Source: Octopus sinensis
Lineage: Eukaryota
DNA length: 5,616 bases
Reading direction: 5' to 3'
Assembly: GCF_006345805.1 (NCBI RefSeq)
Contig: NW_021829861.1
Coordinates: 1-5,616, forward strand
Under the pieces are notes generated by a model. That model was not told the origin of the DNA. It was given only the letters and a program-made list of their open reading frames with translations, and ran no database searches. Shown here one piece after another: positions 1-5,616 of this stretch. Positions within the stretch are counted from its first letter, which is position 1; each line of letters begins with the position of its first letter. The position numbers and the translations under genes are program-made.

Positions 1-371
1 ACCGACCACACATTATACTATTATTCCGTTGTACATTTTACTCCTGAGAGCTCACGATTTCACTCGCTCCGCTTAATTATATAAGAGCGAACAACGACCT
101 TTTGCCAAGGTTCTCAAAGAAACTTCTACCAGGGTACTTAACACCCAATTACCAATCTTAAAATACTCGTTTTCCCCAAATAAAGCAGTTTTCTGTGTAT
201 GATCTACCTTCGTTGTAATCACAATTTCTTCTACTAATTTCTTAAACATTTTTGTTCATTCTGCCAGTGCCCCTTCAATTACTGGTATGTCAGTTACATT
301 CTTCATTTCCCCACATTCGTCAACCTCATTTCTTAGAGGTTTGCAGTTCTCAATATTTTTTCAGTTCTGAA

Positions 372-463
372 GGCGGCGAGCTGGCAGAATCATTAGCACG
401 CCGGGCGAAATGCTTAACAGTATTTTGTCTGTTTGAGCCCCTTCTCAAAAATTTCGGGCCTTG
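372..463 (+). mobile_element. tRNA-derived SINE remnant (head joined to a tail-like piece, B box missing), antisense within LINE copy 1
   Basis: GC-rich island GGCGGCGAGCTGGCAGAATCATTAGCACGCCGGGCGAAATGC with an A-box-like TGGCAGAATC interrupts LINE homology. No GTTCRA B box follows. It resembles the head of abundant octopus tRNA-SINEs (from memory, not searched). Confidence 0.7.
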
Positions 464-686
464 ACACATGTCATTGAAGCATGGACGTAGCAGCGAACTT
501 ACACAAGTCTCTAAGTCTTGTTTCTTAAATGATCTTCGGAGTGTTACATTTTCAGTTGGCATCATGTTGTTATTTCTAACAGCAACAACCAAAGTTTCAA
601 TCAACATTCTATGATCACTTCTAGACATACAATTTATCGACATCGCTTTTAGGGTACAGTTCCTTGTTCATTCTCATTCCTTTCTT

Positions 687-688
<2 letters not shown>

Positions 689-723
<35 letters not shown>

Positions 724-764
724 ATCTCTCTCTCTATCTATCTATCATCTATCTATCTATCTCT
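689..764. repeat. Compound (TC)n/(TCTA)n microsatellite inside the LINE coding region
   Basis: Directly visible between the WAVSLIRY and RKGMRMNKELYPK segments. Confidence 0.97.
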
Positions 765-777
765 AACAACTCCTACA

Positions 778-1757
778 ATATCGTATTAAAGAGACAGCCC
801 ACATATTTATTGCTCTGATCTTGTCCTTTCCGTTAAGTCCAATCTTCATAACAGATATTTGCATCAACATCCTTAACTCACTCGTTGTCGGGTAGTTCTA
901 CACCACCAGATAACATTTCTTTTCCTTTTTTATTCATAAGTATACCACACTTTTTAATTATCAATCCCACCCCGAAATCCTTACTCAATATACGCACTGT
1001 TGAAACCGAACCATTTATTTCACACTCAATATTACCGATGATCTTTACGACATCTATATGCGACAGGGGATTCAACCTTTCTTCACTTTTGTAGTGTGTA
1101 AACTGATGCCAATTTCCGTAATATATGCATGATGAAAATCATGCAAATCACAAGCAGCAAAGGTGACAAATTATCTCCCTGAAATATGTCCCCCACAGGA
1201 TGTTTCTTTTATTTATATTCCAGATCTTCATTGATCTCCTGATAAAATTAAAGGTGTTATCAGATACCTGTAACAACTAAAGACTTTCTAAAATACAAAA
1301 ATGGGAGAACTTTCTATAAGCTTTCTTATAATTGACCCCTAGTATACCCGAGTTAGTACGTATTTTCTTACAATCATTCAGCACCATTCCGTCAATCAGA
1401 TGTTGATCTTTTGTCCTCCGGCTTTTGGCCCTTGTATCCCTTCTATGCCACTGGTCATTCCTTTTTAGGAAGTAGTTATATATCGCATTACCTTTGCCAT
1501 AACCCTTTTGGCAAAGAATCGTTTTCCCTTTTGTCATCCACTTCGGGATTTCCACACCATTGTTGACCCTTTCATCCATTTGGCCAGCTAGTACTCTTGT
1601 ACTCCATATGGACGTTGAATTTCCAGTTTGGAACCTTTGTTGTCTGTTCGGTTACCATTTCAGCTGTTATCCTTATATCATTTCGTTTAACTCCCTTTTT
1701 CTCCCATCTTAATTCCTCCAAACATTTACCATCTTTCTTATCCTGCATGTTATTCAT
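778..1757 (-). pseudogene. Reverse transcriptase domain remnant of LINE copy 1 (non-functional)
   Basis: ORFs 1572..1757, 1277..1579 and 878..1075 are frame-shifted pieces of one RT. FQGD lies at 1173-1184. The catalytic segment expected as LNHLLFMDDLK reads LNPLSHIDVVK, so one Asp is lost. The YRPI..L segment expected after GNAIYNY is deleted. Confidence 0.88.
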
Positions 1758-2333
1758 TTATCCTAGATGTTATTCTATCAGATTTCTCACCGCTGTTAAC
1801 ATTTCCGTTCAGTTGCTGATAAATCCTTTTATGATCTTATAAGAACAACCAATTGATCTTAAATTGTTCAATTCTTTGATTATATCTCTTAATTCATGTA
1901 ACTTCAGCCTGCAGTATTTATTTCAGCTCTTCAAAGTCTACATTTAATCCCCTTTTTACTTGATCATATATTTACCTTCTAGTTCCAGACATTTCTCTTT
2001 CTTCCTCATTTCACCTTGTTTCTTCTCAGGATGTTGATATTATTTCATAGATCGTTCATTGATTCCTTTAACCATTCTTTCCCGCCAAGGCCTTTACGCA
2101 TCATGGAATGCTTCGTAGTTTCGTTCAAGACTTATTTTTCTTCCTCAGTAAATGACACAAGCTTTAGTCAGTCTATTGGTTCCAGGCATACGCTCCGTCT
2201 TAATTTCTTTCAGTATTTTTATTCACATTCCGTGCCCACCCACTGGGCAACATTCTATCCACTTTCTTAAATCCATTTACCTTAACATCCAGATTTTTCT
2301 CAATGATACCAGTAATATCTTCGATCATTCTTC

Positions 2334-2895
2334 TGTTTTGCGTAGGATGTGTGCAGTGTCTAGCAGTGCTATTTTCTGTATTTTATATATACTTGTTAGT
2401 TCTGGTGATTTTGTTATGTATTTCTCTGAATATTTTTTTATCATAACGGCGGTGCATCAGCTGAAACCAGAGAAAAAAAATACCTAATTACGACAGAAAT
2501 TGTTTCTATTTTTAGATTCCACATTTCCAGGTGTTTGTATTTTGAAAGTTTCTCCATTTCATTTAGAGAAACGTTGCCATCTTTAGGTATTGATACATAA
2601 ATTAGAAACCATAATTTTTTTCATGATCTCTGACAACTATATCTGGACTATTGGCCTTAATTTCTCTGTGTGTATTGGTATATGCCATAGTATGGTTGCT
2701 TTCTCATTTTCTGTGACCTTTTCTGGCTTGTACCTATACCATCTTTTTTTCTGTTGTTATTCCATAGTGTTGGCACAGCTTCCAGTGTATGTAGCTCCCA
2801 GCTCTGTCGTGTCTGTGAATATATTCCTTCTTAGCTAGAACTGGGCAGCCAGAGACAATATGAGTTATTGTTTCGTGTCAATATCCATCTCCACC
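2334..2895 (-). mobile_element. Second RT+REL-class LINE fragment (copy 2): end of CCHC zinc knuckle plus restriction-like endonuclease domain to the ORF C-terminus
   Basis: Minus-strand translation, joined across small frameshifts: ETITHIVSGCPVLAKKEYIHRHDRAGSYIHWKLCQHYGITTEK..WYRYKPEKVTENEKATILWHIPIH..REIKANSPDIVVRDHEK..VSIPKDGNVSLNEMEKLSKYKHLE..MWNLKIETISVV..LGMIKKYSEKYITKSPELTSIYKIQKIALLDTAHILRKT. RHD is at 2806-2814 and NSPD (expected NRPD) at 2641-2652. Confidence 0.92.
2446..2479 (+). mobile_element. 34 bp A-tailed insertion (probable SINE 3' remnant) in LINE copy 2
   Basis: ACGGCGGTGCATCAGCTGAAACCAGAGAAAAAAA is flanked by ATA (2443-2445 and 2480-2482). Removing it plus one ATA restores TTA GGT ATG ATA AAA AAA (LGMIKK) on the minus strand. 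Confidence 0.6.
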
Positions 2896-2901
2896 CCTAC
2901 C

Positions 2902-3002
2902 TTATTATCATCATCACCATCATCATCATTATTATTATTATTAATATTGTTATTATTATTATTACTATTATTATTATTGTTATTATTATTATTATCATTA
3001 TT
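2902..3002. repeat. Imperfect (ATT)n/(ATC)n microsatellite; probable (AAT)n 3' tail of the 3003-3543 element
   Basis: Directly visible. It abuts the 3003-3543 element and lies a few bases from the truncated 5' end of LINE copy 2. Confidence 0.95.
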
Positions 3003-3543
3003 GAGTGAGAGAGCAGTTCATGCCATCAAAGTGACACTGGGGTAAAATATACGAAGCCCAATATACCCATCATGACTACCCGTCTGATAAAGGTACCCAG
3101 GCACATGCATCACAACCATATGTGCGCGACATGGTGATCTCATATCAAGATAAACAGCACATGACCTTGCAGGTGGGGCCCAGTTAGAATTTTCTTCAGG
3201 TTGAGTAGCCCATCCTGCTCAAACGGTCCCTGAATAAGGGTTGCTTTAGGATGTTGAACGAAACACCTATGTTTCCAGAGGTGAACCATTCAAACTCCAA
3301 AGAATCCCTCTCAACACATGGCCATGATGCTCCCCCACTACTTCTGCTCGTGATCAGAGATACACATATCGTCAGCCACTAATGGACATGCTCAACTGGT
3401 TAAGGTCAAACAACTGACAAGCAAATCTGTGGTATTGAGCAGAATATTTGCTGTAGCCCATCTTTTATACCAAGACAAAACAATGTACATGATAACACTT
3501 CCAATCAGTTAAGATCAGAAGCCATGAGAGCCAATGCCTGGTA
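3003..3543 (-). mobile_element. ~540 bp non-coding interspersed repeat (non-autonomous retroposon or LINE UTR derivative) embedded between (AAT)n tracts
   Basis: Sharp boundaries at ATT tracts on both sides, higher GC than the flanks, and no ORF in the track. It resembles a repeat recalled from octopus genomes. Orientation is inferred from the (AAT)n tail and a hairpin that pairs fully (G-U) only on the minus strand. Confidence 0.65.
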
Positions 3544-3556
3544 ATCATTATTATTA

Positions 3557-3619
<63 letters not shown>

Positions 3620-3624
3620 GATTA

Positions 3625-3683
<59 letters not shown>
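3544..3683. repeat. (ATT)n microsatellite, ~140 bp
   Basis: Directly visible; source of the poly-Ile ORF 3534..3737. Confidence 0.98.
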
Positions 3684-3798
3684 GTAACAAATAATATGTA
3701 TAGCAAATCAGAAATCAATTACGCCGATAAGCGATAGACACGCAACTCCAAGCGATAAGAGAAAGCAATTCGAGATTTCAGTGCTACACTAAACGTAA

Positions 3799-3799
3799 A

Positions 3800-3839
<40 letters not shown>
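3799..3839. repeat. (AC)n microsatellite
   Basis: Directly visible. Confidence 0.97.
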
Positions 3840-3841
<2 letters not shown>

Positions 3842-3998
3842 ACATTTGTGTTTTTCTTATACCTACCGACCATATAGAGCCAGCCCTGAGTTGGATGTAC
3901 GGTTAAAATTGGATTTGGTACTTATATCTCTACGATATCCTACCAACACATGAAACCTCAGGGTTGTTTTTTATCAAGCCAATCTGTATCCTACCTAA

Positions 3999-4070
3999 TC
4001 TCTCCCCCCATCTCTCCTCTTCTCTCACCTCTCTCTCTCTCTCTCGACTCTCTCTCCTCTCCTCTCCCTC

Positions 4071-4115
<45 letters not shown>

Positions 4116-4134
4116 TATAGATATATATTATATA
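3999..4134. repeat. Imperfect (CT)n tract (3999-4070) followed by (TA)n tract (4071-4134)
   Basis: Directly visible. Confidence 0.95.
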
Positions 4135-4140
4135 ATTTTT

Positions 4141-4387
4141 TGAATTGAAGAAATGAGTTGAACGAAGATTGGCCATGGGCTCTTAGGAGCCTCTTCGATT
4201 TGTTTTGCTCCGCCTCTGTTCTGTTTTTGTTTTTTCCAACGGATTTCCTATTTCTTCCTGAAGAGAAAGACACAATATGGTCTCCTTATTCAATCGGAAT
4301 TTGGTAAATTGTGCCTTTCGAAACACGTGTAGAATGCAATAAAACGATTTCTGTTCAATCTTCGTTCAACTCCATTTCTTCAATTCA
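4141..4387. repeat. Inverted repeat, arms 4141-4171 and 4356-4387
   Basis: TGAATTGAAGAAATG-AGTTGAACGAAGATTG versus reverse complement TGAATTGAAGAAATGGAGTTGAACGAAGATTG: identical except for a 1 nt indel. Confidence 0.95.
4255..4334 (+). ncRNA. Minimal type I hammerhead ribozyme (Penelope-like element type)
   Basis: Stem I UUC(4255-57)/GAA(4332-34); core CUGAAGA 4258-4264; stem II GAAAGACACAAU(4265-76)/AUUGUGCCUUUC(4308-19) with 11 of 12 pairs; GAAA 4320-4323; stem III A-U plus C-G closing the palindromic loop ACGU; cleavage triplet GUA 4329-4331. Confidence 0.8.
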
Positions 4388-4543
4388 CTAATAATATTAA
4401 AATTCAATTATCCGCACCAACGCACGGTTGCAACACCATATGGTTGTACCTCCAACCGTGCTGTCTTCTGCTGTGATTTTTGCTACCAGGTACCGGTTAA
4501 CTTTTTGATTACTGCAACAAGATTATTCATCTTTCTATTTCAC

Positions 4544-4544
<1 letters not shown>

Positions 4545-4606
<62 letters not shown>

Positions 4607-4634
4607 CATTCCGTTATATATATATATATATATA
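4545..4634. repeat. (TA)n tracts (4545-4606 and 4615-4634)
   Basis: Directly visible. Confidence 0.97.
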
Positions 4635-4730
4635 ACGGGAAGGTATACGAAAATAGACAAAAGACGATGGCAGGTGGAGTACAAACAAACAATGTATTAG
4701 TATGGCACTCAGGAATAGAAATAAAAGAAG

Positions 4731-4768
4731 TCTTTTACGTTTCGAGTCTACGCTCTTCGATAGAAAGA
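4731..4768 (-). ncRNA. Hammerhead-like motif with non-canonical core
   Basis: Minus strand reads UCUUU CUAUCGAA GAG CGUAGA CUC GAAA CG UA AAAGA: a 5 bp stem I, 3 bp stem II, GAAA, ACGU palindrome and GUA triplet, but CUAUCGAA replaces CUGANGA. Confidence 0.45.
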
Positions 4769-4819
4769 TACACAGAAAAGAAACAAGGAGAGAAAAAAAT
4801 TGCGTGTAGGGACTAAAAA

Positions 4820-4930
4820 AAACGTACACGCAGGACAGACACAGAAGGACCTTCGTTCTTCATCAGTTATCAACCGAATGATAATGCTCCGTTTCTATGG
4901 TCCCTCTGTGTCTGTCCTACGTCTACGTTT
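4820..4930. repeat. Inverted repeat, arms 4820-4851 and 4899-4930 (29/32 match, 47 nt spacer)
   Basis: AAACGTACACGCAGGACAGACACAGAAGGACC versus reverse complement AAACGTAGACGTAGGACAGACACAGAGGGACC. Confidence 0.95.
4860..4895 (-). ncRNA. Permuted (type II-like) hammerhead-like motif, probably mutated
   Basis: Minus strand reads GAAA CGGAGCA UUAUCA uucggu UGAUAA CUGAUGA: perfect core halves and a 6 bp closed stem I, but the triplet is GCA rather than NUH and the first stem II pair is not canonical. Confidence 0.45.
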
Positions 4931-5013
4931 CTTTAACTATCGTTTATTTAATGCATTTTTCATTTATTGAGTAACTGAATGCCACGCATTCCGACTTTTG
5001 TTCCAAGTTAGTT

Positions 5014-5014
5014 T

Positions 5015-5054
<40 letters not shown>

Positions 5055-5122
5055 AATGAGATTATATATGTGTGGGGTGTGTGTGTCTGTGACATATATA
5101 TATATATATACACTTTATATAT
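5014..5122. repeat. (TA)n tract with interspersed (TG)n and short (TA)n runs
   Basis: Directly visible. Confidence 0.93.
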
Positions 5123-5204
5123 AGACATAGCTCAGCTGTGAATACTGCACCAGACTGTTTATTAGTTCTGAAATTCTAAAAAATATTTCATTAATTTATC
5201 AAAT

Positions 5205-5580
5205 CTTATCTCTGTTCTTTTTTTCTTTCGTTTTTATTTAATTAAATTTATTCTCCCTCTTCATTCCTTCTTTTCTTTCCTTCTCTATTTTCTAACATCG
5301 TCGTTTCATTCTCTCATAGATTAATCCTTCTCTCATAATTTCTTCCCCGATTCTTCATCTTTTTTTTCCTTTTTCTTTTTTGCTTCTTTCGCTTTTTCTT
5401 TCCCCTCCCACCTCTCTTTTTCCCTGTCTCTATTTTCTTTTTTTTGGTTAATTTTTTTTCATTGTCTTTTGAATTTTTTTATTCTTAAATATTCTTATTT
5501 TTTTAAAGTTTTTCGCATTTTTTTCTCGATTATTTTTCTTCACTTTCTCATTTTTCATTCTCTTCTTGTTCCTCTTCCTT
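5205..5580. repeat. Pyrimidine-rich (T/C) low-complexity region
   Basis: Strong T/C strand bias with poly-T runs and no clear period. Confidence 0.85.
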
Positions 5581-5616
5581 CTCCTCATCGACCTCATCCT
5601 CCTCATCGACCTCATC
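5581..5616. repeat. 18 bp tandem repeat, two perfect copies, cut by the window edge
   Basis: CTCCTCATCGACCTCATC at 5581-5598 and 5599-5616. Confidence 0.9.

Larger units (their letters stand above)
12..2335 (-). mobile_element. Degenerate, 5'-truncated, internally deleted non-LTR retrotransposon of the RT+REL class (R4/Dong-like), copy 1
   Basis: Manual minus-strand translation gives collinear motifs across stops and frameshifts: GFKKVDR..ILKEIKT..TNRLTKACVIY (~2140-2290), ELEGKYMIK/GLNVDFEELK (~1925-1990), KRIYQQLNG (~1805-1830), KVPNWK, IPKWMTKGKTILCQK, TKDQHLID, VNYKKAY..SHFCILESL, DIFQGDNLSPLLLVICM (1140-1190), KKCG, LNGKDKIRAINMWAVSLIRY (~780-838), MNKELYPKSDVDKLYV (~625-672) and C-terminal IPVIEGAL..QKTALFG..ILRLVIGC* (stop at 138-140). 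A short 3' UTR and a decayed AAT-like tail (11-25) follow. Confidence 0.9.
4141..4544 (+). mobile_element. Hammerhead-containing non-autonomous element, probably Penelope-like (pseudo-LTR derivative), between (TA)n tracts
   Basis: Contains a minimal hammerhead, an AATAAA right after it (4338-4343) and an inverted copy of an internal segment at its left end. It is bounded by (TA)n on both sides and has no coding capacity. Family assignment is an inference. Confidence 0.6.
4635..5013 (-). mobile_element. Composite non-coding repeat region with two hammerhead-like motifs, probably Penelope-like remnants, between (TA)n tracts
   Basis: Bounded by (TA)n, carries hammerhead-like motifs at 4731-4768 and 4860-4895, and has internal inverted duplications. 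It may be two abutting elements joined near 4810-4820. Confidence 0.5.

Noticed and set aside
372-440. Functional tRNA gene
   Set aside because: Only an A-box-like head is present; there is no T-arm or B box and no cloverleaf.
1597-2838. Plus-strand ORFs 1597..1842, 2016..2270, 2152..2487 and 2590..2838 (also 252..464 and 885..1094)
   Set aside because: They are antisense shadows of the minus-strand LINE remnants, with no recognisable motifs.
778-2895. Bacterial-type RT system (retron, DGR or group II intron) with adjacent nuclease and structured RNA
   Set aside because: Motifs match eukaryotic RT+REL LINEs, the frames are broken, and the context is microsatellite-rich eukaryotic DNA. The hammerheads lie over 1 kb away and are not demonstrably linked to these LINEs.
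3534-3737. Poly-Ile ORF (and poly-Leu ORF 2860..3045) resembling membrane peptides
   Set aside because: These are translations of (ATT)n microsatellites.
3886-3956. Additional hammerhead (CTGAG...GAAAC)
   Set aside because: CTGAGTT does not fit CUGANGA and the required stem geometry is absent.
4025-4829. Minus-strand ORFs 4025..4273 and 4614..4829
   Set aside because: They run through (TA)n/(GA)n tracts and non-coding repeat sequence and have low-complexity products.
4977-4991. GAATGC-CAC-GCATTC hairpin as a Helitron 3' end or terminator
   Set aside because: There is no CTRR terminus at the expected distance, and a 6 bp stem is plausible by chance.
5581-5616. Acidic DEVDEE coding repeat on the minus strand, or start of a CRISPR-like array
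   Set aside because: Only two adjacent copies without spacers at the window edge, contiguous with low-complexity sequence; coding status cannot be supported.

Overview
AT-rich, microsatellite-dense eukaryotic non-genic DNA with no intact protein-coding gene. Several repeats resemble cephalopod (Octopus-like) repeats, but this is from memory and unverified. The left 3.7 kb is a same-orientation (minus-strand) chain of decayed retroposons. Read 5'->3' on the minus strand it runs: (AAT)n tract, a ~540 bp non-coding element with its own (AAT)n tail, a zinc-knuckle plus restriction-like endonuclease (REL) LINE fragment, and a longer, internally deleted R4/Dong-like RT-REL LINE. Two short opposite-strand SINE-type inserts interrupt the LINEs. 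The stretch 4141-5013 lies between (TA)n tracts and holds the most interesting signal. It has a canonical-core minimal type I hammerhead ribozyme (4255-4334, +) inside a 31/32 bp inverted repeat, plus two variant or degenerate hammerhead-like motifs on the minus strand, one of them circularly permuted and enclosed by another 32 bp inverted repeat. This architecture suggests non-autonomous Penelope-like or retrozyme-type elements. The window ends in pyrimidine-rich low-complexity sequence.
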